Source: Haliotis cracherodii (Eukaryota). From it: a DNA stretch of 64,000 nt. The position numbers and the translations under genes are program-made. The stretch covers positions 38,006,001-38,070,000 of the forward strand of contig NW_027266297.1 of the NCBI RefSeq assembly GCF_022045235.1, read 5' to 3'. Shown here one piece after another: positions 25,683 through 37,507 of this stretch. Numbering within the stretch: position 1 is the first letter of the stretch; every line of letters starts with the position of its first letter. Under the pieces are notes generated by a model, which worked only from the letters and a program-made list of their open reading frames with translations, was not told the origin of the DNA and searched no databases.

Positions 25683-25915
25683 TTTGTTGGTTTGTTGTTT
25701 AACGCCACACTCAGCAATATTCCAGCTATACGAAGACGGCGAGTACGTATGGACCAGACAGTCCAGTGATTGTCATAATGAGCAACGATCCACGATGCTT
25801 GGATAGATGAGATGCAATCAACCAGGTTGCCGAGCCAGACCAACGGATCCATTTTGTCGCCTCTTACAACAAGCATAGGTTACATGGGATCAATTCTAAC
25901 CCAGAATCCAAACAT
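25683..25915 (-). mobile_element. Short retroelement family 2
   Basis: Homologous to the 26941-27208 copy. Confidence 0.8.
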
Positions 25916-26273
25916 GGTCAATAACTCTTGTTTTTGTGAATGTTTTAGGACCGACATGGGATTTGAACTTACCTCTATTTAACAGATATTTTTGAAAGTT
26001 TGGAACTTTCCTGACATATGTGGATTTCATTGGAGGAAATGCGGTACTCCACAGTACACAGTATATGCAGATTAACTGAACAAAAACGGGTCATTTTCAT
26101 TTAGGTTGAAGTTCAATAATGAAACTCATTTACATGACTTATGTGCAAATGGCTAACGATGACATAACCATTAGAAATCCTGCTGAGTCATTCACATATT
26201 CAGTGGCCCGGATACCCAGTCTGACTATAGCCTCTTAAACACATTAACATAATCTACATTAATAAACATTTAT

Positions 26274-26408
26274 NNNNNNNNNNNNNNNNNNNNNNNNNNN
26301 NNNNNNNNNNNNNNNNNNNNNNNNNNNNNNNNNNNNNNNNNNNNNNNNNNNNNNNNNNNNNNNNNNNNNNNNNNNNNNNNNNNNNNNNNNNNNNNNNNNN
26401 NNNNNNNN
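26274..26408. other. Assembly gap (135 N)
   Basis: Run of N inside the intron of paralog A. Confidence 1.
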
Positions 26409-26488
26409 GGGGGTCCCCCCATGCACAATCATCTGGAGCGTTGACAGTGCAATGTTTAAAGGGGGTTAAAGCCAAGTGACAGAGTTAC

Positions 26489-26542
26489 CTGGACGGAAAG
26501 CGTGTTTTCCATTCTTTGTGTTATCAAGCCGCCAGACGCCAT
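26489..26542 (-). CDS. Coiled-coil protein paralog A, first coding exon (MASGGLITQRMENTLSVQ)
   Basis: TTTTGTTTTAG acceptor before 26550, AAGATGGCG start, CAG|GTAACT phase-0 donor compatible with the large exon. Confidence 0.75.
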
Positions 26543-26940
26543 CTTGAAATCTAAAACAAAATATAAACATTGGTCATCCATCTTACACAGAACAATCGCA
26601 GTATAGTATATAACAGCAACATTACCAAACGGATTACGACGACAGACAAATACTGCCGACAATTTGGTCACTTTGAAAAAAAAAAGAACATTTCAATAAA
26701 GAGACGAGAGACCATCACTTCTGCCTGAGTGATTGTTGGTAGTCAGATGTATAAGGCTATTGACCCGAGGATGCCATGGACCAGTAGGTTCACGTCTTCC
26801 AATGGGTTTTAACGCATCATCTGTGGCGTAACTCGATCGGCGATTGCTGCACACATCATGGCGTGATCATACGTTGGGCTCGAGACAATGGCATACATTT
26901 ATGTTTTTAGATGTTGGCCCAGTAACGTGAGTTAAGGTAT

Positions 26941-27208
26941 GGTTTGGTTTGTTTGTTGTTTAACGCCGCACTCAGCAATATTCCCGCTATATGACGGCGG
27001 TCTGTATATAATCGAGTCTGGACCAGACAATCCAGTGATTGACATCATGAGCATCGATCCACGCAATTGGGATACGATGACATGCATCAACCAAGTCAGC
27101 GAGCCTGACCACCCGATCCCGTTAGTCGCCTCTTACGACAAGCATAGTCGCCATTTACGGTAAGCATGGGTAGCTGAAGACATATTCTACCCCGGATCTC
27201 CACGGGTC
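26941..27208 (-). mobile_element. Short retroelement family 2, full length
   Basis: Intact head and tail, TSD AGTT(A/T)AGGTAT. Confidence 0.9.
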
Positions 27209-28899
27209 GTAAGTTTAGGTATCACCTTTGTATGTCTGTAGATGTTCTGGTGTGTCTATTACAGTTTCTGTTTAAACTTCCGGATGATTAGTGAGGTCAA
27301 TATTTCAGCTGCATGGGTGTCTGTATATAATCAGGGACAACATAATCCAGTGACTGACGCCATGGGCATTGATCTACGCAATTGGGGTGCGTTGTCATGG
27401 ATCAACCAAGTCAGCAAGCATGACCAACAGATTCGAACCCACCATCACAGGTTTCTGGCACGTCTAAGAGACAACTGTGCCGAGCGAATTGCGTTGCCTT
27501 GACAACTGGGCCACCATTGCACCTACCAACAGTATCTACCTCGACTGGGGCTACGCGGGCTTACACAGTATGTACACGGTTTACGGTTATACCTCCATCA
27601 GCTCAACAAATATACTGGAGTCAATTCTGCACTCGACCCGTGAAGGTTAGAATAGGTCTTCATCAAGCCATGCTTGACCTAAAAGGCGAATATGCTTGTC
27701 GTAAGAGGCAACTGTATAGGGTCGGGTGGTCAGGCTCCGAGTCTTGTTGGGAATCTGCCAGCGTAAAGTATCCTATATAAGTGTCATAGGAAATGATATA
27801 ATCACAGTTATTGTGACCGTTAATTATATTCCCCGGATGATTAACGTTCTGCTGGCTTCGCGTCTGTATCGTGTATAATTACCAGTGAAGGGGTAGACAT
27901 ACGTCTTGGCTGAGAGACATAGACACGCCTTTTACACCAATACATCTATGCTTTTGTATTGGGATTAGCTTTCATGAACTACTTTGCTAAGTCAATCGTA
28001 AATTCTTTAATATAATTCATTTATTTGGCATGATAAGGAAAATCTAAATCACCCCCCGCACCCACCTGTTTTATGGCTTATGACAGCTGTGTAGATTACT
28101 GCATCTTAGACACTGGTTGTCGACAATACGTGTCTCAATACCAATCCTGTACTTATGTAGGGACGGGTGATCTTACCCCACAGTGAGCTTAGGACTTCCT
28201 GGGTCCTCACTGTATGTGAACCCCGTGACCTGTCTATATAGAACGACACGCACCTGCCTTCACTGACACTAAGTCCTAATACGTTTTACCGTCGGACATG
28301 TTCGGGGGCACGGATGGCGGACCAGCGGTCTTATTTGATTTGATTTAAACATATTTTCATTGTCCATGGATTGGGAAAAAACACCCATTGCTTTCCGGAA
28401 CCTCTCCAGACATACATCATGGATATCATCATCATCATCATCATCATCAACAACAACAACATAGAAAATAGAAAATGCGTTTACAAAATAATGTAGCAGG
28501 AGATATGTAACGTACAAATGACCAGCCACAAGACACATGGCAACAACCACTGTACCAGGATCCGCTGGACGTTGTTTTAGCCATAGATTCGCCCAGTTAT
28601 GACCCTTGGTTTGCCAGCACCATGTCCGTTATCAAGTGTTTCACCTAGAACGGTCGTGCACACTCCGGCTCAATGACGACTTTGCAGTACACTTGGTTGA
28701 CCGCAAGGCACTCTGGGTGGGAGAGTGCAAGTACGGTATGCTTCATGATGTAGACCTCGTACGCTGCCTATTATATATACACACAGTTACAGAACTGAAA
28801 AACTCAGTCCAAACTCACTTTCTTATTTGCTGCATCTAAAGTTATCCATACTTAACCATCCTCAAGAGCAATCTACATATTCTCTAAGACAGTTAATAT

Positions 28900-29205
28900 A
28901 TATGTTACACCCAATCTGTGCAACTGTCACTGTCCATTGCCTGTGCAGCGGCCATAAAATTTCCGAGTCCAGTGATGGGATTCGAACCACGGACCTTCCG
29001 ATCCGAGGTCGGACGCCTTGTCGACATGCCCAAAGAGGTTAACCCCGTCAGGAAGCTGACAAGGTAAGGAAGTCATCTGTGGGATAACTCCACGCCCTGC
29101 TACGCCTGCATTAGGCAAGCTGTATTGTCCATTGCACCCATTGGACGGATGGCCTTCCCAATACACGCACGCAGTGGGTAGTTGCACAGATTTGGTGTAA
29201 CATAT
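28900..29205. mobile_element. MITE with 26-bp TIRs carrying a tRNA-like segment
   Basis: ATATGTTACACCCAATCTGTGCAACT / AGTTGCACAGATTTGGTGTAACATAT, internal minus-strand GGTTCGAATCCC B box. Confidence 0.75.
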
Positions 29206-29891
29206 ACCTGGAGAGCAGTTGAACGGCGAAAGATCTTGTGTATATCAAGGAGTTTTGACAAGCACAAATATCTGGACTCTTGTATCTATATTACCTATAC
29301 ACCTGAGGAAATCACTAATACAGAGTTGTAGAAACATGCTTTACTCAGATAGCTGGAACAATGCTGAGTGTGGCGTTAAGCAACAAATATACATAGAGTA
29401 ATAACGTATTACTTATTTACGAATTTGCGTTATTTTTTTCGGTATGATGATTGCATATATGTACATGTGAACCCGCACCTGCAATAGTGGTATGGAAAGT
29501 GATAGGATTTCACGCTATACTCAGTACTGACTGATAAGCACAGGTTGATTAGTCACGGCTTAATCATTTACATATCGGAGGTAGCCTGGTAATCGCTGAT
29601 ACACTTGTTCACATTCGACGGGGCTTCGTGACATAACTGATCTCAACGTGTCAGTGTGGTGGGACTTTCTGTAACCTGGGGAGCCCCATGCACATGTTAG
29701 TTCCCATGTATGTAGCTGTGTGACGACAACCTGGTCATTCTCATTAAACATTACAAAAAATTGTTTTTGTTTTTGTTGTTTAACGCCGCACACAGCAATA
29801 TTCCTGTGTGACGGCGGTCTCTAAATAACAAATAGAGCAGACAATCCAGTGATTGATTTTATTAGCGACGATCCATGTCGTCGGGATACAA

Positions 29892-29983
29892 CATCTTCCC
29901 GAGGCAAGGGGGATAACTGACTCTAAAAGTCCACTGGAAACTGGACTTTTTGAGTCAGTAAACTCCCTTGCCTCGGGAAGATG
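29892..29983. mobile_element. 92-bp hairpin MITE inserted in a family 2 copy
   Basis: CATCTTCCCGAGGCAAGGG / CCCTTGCCTCGGGAAGATG, 8-bp TSD GGATA(C/G)AA. Confidence 0.8.
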
Positions 29984-30322
29984 GGATAGAAAGACAACCA
30001 ACCATGTCACCGTGTCATCCGACCCCTTCAGTCGCCTGTTCGATCAACATATAGGTTGCTGGGGACCTATGCCAACCACAGGCCCCTGAAGCAAGATAGT
30101 ATTTATATATGGGGGTCCAGTGTTTCAGTAACATCACTGTCCTGGTTCAGGGGCCTATGATTCTAACCTTGAATCCCCACGTTGCTGAACAATACTATCC
30201 CCAAATATTTGTAGACCTTAAAAAACCTACTGACTATACTAATTAAAATTGTTATGTAGTGTGTTTTTTCTCATAAAAATAATATTAATAATAATATAAA
30301 TACAATATAAACAATATAAATA

Positions 30323-30540
30323 GTGAGTAAGTGAGTGAGTTGGGTTTAACGCCGCTTTCAACAGTATTCCAGCTATATCACGGCGTGTCGGCTTAATGTG
30401 GGAAGAAAGCCCGAAGTGATGCAGGTCTCAGACGTTTACCACTTCGGTGAAACCCACGAGGTGCTGACAAACCTAGAAACATAATCAGGGCGAACCGGGA
30501 TTCGAACCCACAATCATAGGTTTCTGGCGTGGCCAAGGGA
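30323..30540 (-). mobile_element. SINE family 3
   Basis: B box GGTTCGAATCC, same core and tail, TSD AACAATATAAATA. Confidence 0.85.
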
Positions 30541-32641
30541 AACAATATAAATACAAATCAGTATTATTGTATTAAACTAGCAACGCTTGTTAGTCGTAGA
30601 ACGTTCTTAGTAATATATAACCTCGTCCTGCGCCATGACTGGAATTATATATATATTACTAAAGCCAAGGCAAGTCTAGATCAAACTAAACCAAATCTAG
30701 TTCCCTGTATGAAACCAGCAGAAAAGGAAAGGTTCTTTTAAAGAAATGTTAAAAACAACAGAAGAGGATAGGTCCATTTGAAGAAAGAAAATACAATTAT
30801 TTTGAAGAAATGTCTTCATGGCTTAAGTGTTAGTCTACAAATAACCTTCACCGTGCAGTTTGTTGCTGCGTAATCACCACTGAGTGTATTGTGATGTATA
30901 TTGCCTTCCTCCTGGGTAACACCACCTCGAGTGTCTCGGAGCGACTACCCGTAACAGGTAACTACCACACCTGACCTTATCACCTGTCGGGGTAGCGTGG
31001 CCCGTCAGGCGCAGAGAAGACTATACCTACTGCTGATTACATGGGCAACCCTGGTGACACGGAACTTACTTTGTACATGCAAACAAGCTAACCTAAAGTT
31101 ACTGCCTTGCTGCAAGTGCACCGTTGTGATCGAATACCTCACTGTAGTGCGCAGTTTTCTCACCTTAATACACGTGGATACACATTAAATGCATAAATAA
31201 ACATCACTGTGGATTTCAACTGCAAATGGAAAATAATGAATAATATGAACCTATCAAATGTTACATATTCAAGCCTTAACTGAATTAGTATATCATGATA
31301 TACATGTACGTATATATTGCGCGTGGTATGCAAAGACATATTGACAGCTTTTCAAGTGCTCTTTATTGCAACGGAATCTGTTCAAGCGTTCTGGATAAAC
31401 ATAGGTCCACAAAGTCACAAATGGTCCTGTAGCACATTGTATATCATGACAAGTTATGGACTCCCTGTGAATCAATAGTTGACTAACAGTCTGCATACAA
31501 GTTTGTATTATATCAACATACCTGTGTACATTCCCAGTTGAGCGTGGCGCGCTGCCCACGACCCAGGTAAACCCGTGACCTAACGCCCAGGTATGCCTCG
31601 ATGACGCATGTAGGCAGATTCTACCTTGTCCACTACTGTATACAAATAAGTTTACCCACCGTAGTCCCCCAACAAACTGAACAAGTTAAAACAAACAAAA
31701 ACAAATACGACTTTGGTTTGGGGTAAGTTTATGCAGCGAACCTCGTTGATGCACAGTCCCCATGCGCATTGAAAATACATTAGTAATACGTACGGTGTTC
31801 GAGACGAGCGACAAAAATGATATCTTTTGCGTTGAGAATAGACAGGGACCCAGTTGAATTGGCACCAATTACGTCATAATCTAAGGGGGATAACTCAGGC
31901 CTATTTCGCTCGTAAAACGAAGGCCTCATAACGGCATATCACTTTCACACTATTGTGAGCTTCCTACTTTCACTGTGAAAAAAAATGAGTGTATATTTTC
32001 AAACACAGATACTAACTAATTCTAAAATTGCGTTTTGTTTAGAAAAAGAAAGAAAGTGATTTTTGCGTGTACACTTCCCCTTTAACGCAGGTAAGGATAA
32101 TGCCGGAACCAATAAAAAAAAACTTTGAGAAAGCGAGGCTTCACTTAACCTGCAGCTATTCTCATGATAATTATACTTAATATTATAAAGAATTCTGCAC
32201 TTTGTTCTAAAACAATTAAATACAATAAGCTGTATTTGTAACTTACTTTTATTCTGCCATTTTTCGAGTTGGTTTATCTAAAATCAAGACCAATGAGTTT
32301 GCATTGACAGAGGACAATATCGCCCGATCCTTCCAGTTTGTGAAAGACTTTGGTATACAGCAAACTACGGTTATAACAAACACAAAGGGACCACAAATTT
32401 TAGTTCGTAATAACCGTAGTTCGTTATAAGCATATACACAGCATATATACAACAAATGACCGGGACTAAAAAATAAGTTCGTTATATCGGTCAGTTCGTT
32501 ATAAGCGTGTTCTTTATAAACGTAGCTTACATCTAAATACATATGCATATGCCTGTGGCACACCTTCGTTGAAATTGTGATCATATTGTTAATATTGCCA
32601 TGATGGGACCTGACACAGACAAACCATGTCAGTCGCATGCG

Positions 32642-32820
32642 AGGGACGGTCGGGTAGCCTAGTCGTTAAGGTGTTCGCTCGTCACACCCAAGACCCGGGT
32701 TCGATTCCCGACATGGCTACAATGTGTGAAGCCCATTTCTGGTGTCCCGTGCCGTGCTATTGCTGGCACATTGCTAAAAAACGGTGTAAAACCATACTCA
32801 ATCACTCACTCACTCACTCA
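32642..32820 (+). mobile_element. tRNA-derived SINE, family 1
   Basis: Same head and (ACTC)n tail as the 19179 copy. Confidence 0.9.
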
Positions 32821-35055
32821 GCAGTAACGAGGTCGCTTGTTATCAGTTAATATTGGTATTAACTTACATATACTACATACCAAAAAATTTAATATACACA
32901 GTCTAATTTCAAGATTAACAAAACACTTAGTACATACTTCCACTTATCAGAGATCGACTCTCTCTACAGTTCAGCTGAACTTCTATTATCGATCCGTCTT
33001 ATCGATTGATCAGTATACTATAGCTTATTGATCGAGTTTAAAAACATATAGATCAAATTACTTTCAGTGACAAAGTCTGATAAGAGAGCACACGCTAGAA
33101 CACGTCATTTATGGCGAGTGCCTGTTCATTTTATATACATACTGCAAACACAAGGCAAAACACTGGAAGAACGTGAGAAACAATCACATAGGTCTGGAAG
33201 TACTACCCAGTGTTATGTGGTAAAATAATCTGTTTGACAAATCATAACAGTGCTACAATGAGTTTTGCTCGTATGGGGTATTATGACATAAATATCTAAG
33301 ACCTTAATTTAAAAACTAGTTTCATTAAAATATGATAAATACTTGACATGAGTGCTAGAATATTAAAGTTTTTAAAGTATTTAAGTTCCCTAAAGCTATT
33401 AGATGTTTAGGAAATATTCCAATAAATAAACACCGACTATAATTACATAAATTAGTGAACTAATTATATCTAGTGTCAAAACTACGGTCTGTACATGCAC
33501 TATCACCTTATATATGCAATACTCATTAATATTAGTTACATCTTTTTAGATCTTACTTAATTCTTACATAATCGTCAAATAAACGAACACAAATGAATAA
33601 AATAATACATTGTTTCCTAAAGAATGTTTTATTGACAACGTTTCTTAAATAGATTTTAAACATGATAAGACTTTATGAAAATACAAAATACATTTTCTTT
33701 TGAAACATTGAGTTAGGCATATTCAACACCAAAGCAGAAAAGTATCCTGAGTTATGGCAGTTATTTAGTATCAATTCATTAAATAAACAGACTAGCCCTG
33801 TTCGCAGCAATGACGGGAGTATCGTACTAGCCACGATCTCGCTCACAATGGCCTCCCTGTCCGTGTGTGTAAACAAAAAAAAGTTTCAAAGTTATTTAAA
33901 ACCAGGCCACACATACCTTGTTATTGGAATAAGCCCGTGGTATCATATTATCCGTATGTACATTTTCCAGGAGTGTGTACCATCCGTATAAAAGCATGTA
34001 GATTCCTATTGACCACACTTATTTCAATCAGGGTGCCTGACCTACAAGTCTCGTCATGGGTATCCATGGACGCGCCACCATTACCGCGAGTCCCGTACGC
34101 TGCTGTAATCTCGCCGCGTTCAGCGTGTTGAGTTCGAGGATCGAACCACAATAAGAATGTTGGGAAAATATATCATTAGGTCTTCTTCCTTTTTTTATCG
34201 AAAATTGTGAGAATACTATTTTTTCGTGAAGATGAACAGGAAAACAATTCCCGTGTAACACTGCATTAAGGATAAAACCAAAGAAAACATTTAGAAAATA
34301 CATACATAAATCACCAAGTAATGTATAGTTTACCTAACTCAGATGATATAAATACCATGAAGTCAGTAGCTATCTTTATCACATGTTCTTTAAGGTTTCT
34401 AAGCGTTGTTAATTGGAAGCAAATGTCTTGTCAGTCACTTGACTACAACAGTTACTATATATTGTTCTTATTGTAATCTATCTTGCCCACAATGAAATAC
34501 TGAATATACACGTCTGTCAGTCTATTCCTTCACAACTACTTAAAATATAATGTAAAGGAAAGCAGGCCGTCATACAATTACGAGAACACATTAGACCGAT
34601 CCTACTCGGAAATCACCAATACTTTGTTCCCATGTGATTTAAAAGGGAAAACACTTATTATAATGTAACTTCCGAGTTTTTATAAACCATAATATGAAAT
34701 AATAAAAACTTCTAGTGGCATTGACAGTTGGTTAGTAATACATCACTGATAAATGTATTCACAACTTATTTTTGTTTTCAATCTATTCGACTGGGAATGG
34801 AATGGAAATGAGTTAGGGATTTTAAACAATCGTTTTACTTTAGCTTGGCATTGGGGTTGGTGTATCATGTGTAGAAATATACACTATAGCCAATGAACAT
34901 GTGTTTGACTTATAACAAACGCAATGTTCTAACAATGTTAAAACCGTGACAGAAATAACGACGGCGTGCATATTACCTATCGCCACCCATAACAATCGTA
35001 TGATATAAATAACCCAAAGAAATATGACCATACTTTGTTTTGGCAATATATGAAA

Positions 35056-35097
35056 GTTTTCTTTTGAGTGATATTGGTGGCCCTAAAAAGGGCCGTT
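35056..35097 (-). promoter_or_regulatory. Histone-type 3' end processing signal (SLBP stem-loop plus purine-rich downstream element)
   Basis: Minus strand reads AAC GGCCCT TTTT AGGGCC ACCAA (stem-loop 35094-35079), then CAAAAGAAAAC about 12 nt later. It starts 35 nt after the stop codon. Confidence 0.92.
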
Positions 35098-35129
35098 GAA
35101 AAAGCCAGACAAGGGCACAGTAAATGACT

Positions 35130-35534
35130 TTACTTGACTCTTTTAGCTGATTTCGCCTTAGACTTTCCTTTGGCAGCTTTTTTCATGGGTTTCTTTGCAG
35201 ACTTCTTTGCTGTCTTTTGGGGGGACTTCTTTGCTGATTTCTTTGCTGTCTTTTGGGGGGACCTCTTAGCTGGTTTCTTCGCCTTCTTTGGCTTTGATTT
35301 CTTGGCTGACTTTGCCCTCTTTGCTGGTTTAGGCTTGCTCGAGGATCGGCCGCGAGAGGTGCTCTTCTTTGGTGAAACAGAGCGCTTTCTTTTCTGAGCT
35401 TTGCCGGGGCGCTTACTGATGGATTTGGGCCGTTTAGGAGCAGCTAAAGAGGGCTTGGCAGGAGACTTCGATCGGGATCTGGAGCGAGATCGAGATCGAG
35501 AATGAGAACGCGACATCCTGGTTGGGCTATTCAT
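35130..35534 (-). CDS. Protamine-like / H1-tail-like sperm nuclear basic protein (134 aa, intronless)
   Basis: MNSPTR start followed by an (SR)n run, as in bivalve PL proteins (MPSPTRRS...SRSRS). K/S/A/R/P-rich, no acidic or aromatic residues, SPKK and a duplicated SPQKTAKKSAKK, no winged-helix domain. Confidence 0.88.
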   Translation of the reverse strand: MNSPTRMSRSHSRSRSRSRSRSKSPAKPSLAAPKRPKSISKRPGKAQKRKRSVSPKKSTSRGRSSSKPKPAKRAKSAKKSKPKKAKKPAKRSPQKTAKKSAKKSPQKTAKKSAKKPMKKAAKGKSKAKSAKRVK

Positions 35535-35593
35535 CTCGAAGAACAACACACTTGACAGTCTGCAGAACGTGACGAGAGTGACCTTGGTATCGG

Positions 35594-35609
35594 TTACGTC
35601 ATATTTATA
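35594..35609 (-). promoter_or_regulatory. TATA box with adjacent CRE-like site of the basic-protein gene
   Basis: TATAAATA (35609-35602) overlapping into TGACGTAA (35601-35594), about 70 nt upstream of the ATG. Confidence 0.7.
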
Positions 35610-37507
35610 TGCATCGCGCGGACGTGATAGAAGACAAGCAACAAATGTTCGGTGACGACATAAATGGCGTTAGAAGTATCGCCTTATTGTGTTTGTTGAC
35701 ATATATCAAATTGATGTTATCGTATGCGTAACGTGTGTACCGTCCATATAAATAGTATCACGTCACAGAAAGACCTTTTAATTTTAGGAAAACTCATTCA
35801 TATAATCAGTTGCAGCCAATTTATTCAGAAGTTTGTGTCTCATAATGTACGCGTGGACACTCGTCAGAGCTGTTCGCTGTTTTAGAATACCTAAATCTTA
35901 CAACATGATTCACCATAAATGTGATTCACTTATAGTTTACGAACAGATAATATCTGGGTACCCATAAAACCCGTGACCCGTATGTACTTTATTAAACACG
36001 GGTCAATATATGTCTCTGCAATTGTACAGCGGCGCACAGCGGCAACGTTCAGCCATTTTGAATGTTACCAGTTTCTGAAATAAACAAAATATTATCATAA
36101 ACGACTGATTCGGCCAGTCACAAGGAGTTACATCATTCTCTTTACATTATTTTTAGGCGGCGATCTTTAGATGCATTTAAACTATAGTAACAATACTGCG
36201 ATAGTTAAACACAATCGCGATACTCAGACACTATTAGAGTCTATGTAGAATCTATATGATCTAGATCTACTTCCTCACAGTAGATTTTCCAGCATCGTAT
36301 CACGTCCGCAATAGTTTCTACGTTCAGTAGGTTACTGGGGTAGTTTACTCTGTATGTATTTACTATAAAGTATAGTAAATGTCCTGAAAGAGTATGTGCG
36401 GGGATTCCGGGTTCCGGCAACCTGTGCTGGTCGTAAGAGGCGACTATAAACTAGATCATCGGGTGGTGTCGTACCCTCACGATGTGAGACGTCCATAATA
36501 TCAATCTCTGGTTTGTCTGGTCCTGATTCCTTTATAGACCGCCGACATATTGCTGAAATATGACCAGGCATCCATGCGATAATCTGAAAGCTGACATTCA
36601 AGGAAAAATTATAGATCTACCTGTATTGCAGTAATTAGTACTGTGATTCAGACTGACATTAGGCCTATTTCCTCGAATGTCGTTATAAATTAGATCTCGT
36701 ACGTTTGAAAAGGAAAGGCTCAAGTCAACTGCGCAGTATTTTAACTATTTTTCTAAATCTATTGATTGTCAATAAAGTGTTTGAATCGATTAATTTGGAA
36801 TAGTGAGGTGAAAAAAAAAAGGAAACCCAAGAAAAGGAGTATGCACATCACTTCAAATAAAGCCGCCATGCAGAGCTGTTTTTCCCTTGTCGCACGTCTT
36901 CGATAACTTGACCTGGCATGTGTCGTTACACTTCAAATGTGGTGCAATGTTTGTGTACATGAACGCGTGAAGAACCATCGGCATCGGCATCATTCATATC
37001 GGTCTTAACATTTTACAGCAACTTCAATCGATTGCCCTCGGTTACCAAAGACGCAGTCATTGTGAATAATCTCTTTTGGGAAACTATACAATGCAAAAAA
37101 GGTAAGTGACATTTTGTTTTGAGGTGAAACTACAGAAAAATACACCAATGTCATCAGAAGATTGTTGGCCCGATACCAACAAACACGTTCATAACGTCGA
37201 TGATCGACTCCGATCTGGACGCTCAAGGGCAATTAACAACTCAAGTTCATGACAGATTGGTCGGAACGATGGCGTAAAGAAAGACGTGTTTCAAACTGCC
37301 ACTCAGATAAAGGACCGGTTGCAACGGGCAACTGGTGTAAGAGCACAGGCCCAGACGGAAATCGTCATGCACAGATGGCATTTGCGTGCGCGACGTCCAC
37401 GAGTCTTTCCACAACTTACTGCACTTACTGTCATTTGAATCAAAGGCGTTAGTGGTATAGGGAACGTCGACGATGGGCTAATGTGATGATTTCTGATGTA
37501 TCGAGGT

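Noticed and set aside
27110-27208. Canonical HDV-like ribozyme call for the family 2 head
   Set aside because: I could not place P3/L3 and P1.1 in the required order, so it is kept only as an unclassified structured-RNA candidate.
28290-28390. Alternative first coding exon for paralog A (MGVFSQSMDNENMF...)
   Set aside because: Weak donor and no counterpart in paralog B. The 26489-26542 exon has better splice sites and start context.
35535-35549. ORF-track extension MLFFE of the basic protein
   Set aside because: Non-ATG start. The ATG at 35534 gives the PL-like N-terminus and fits the TATA spacing.
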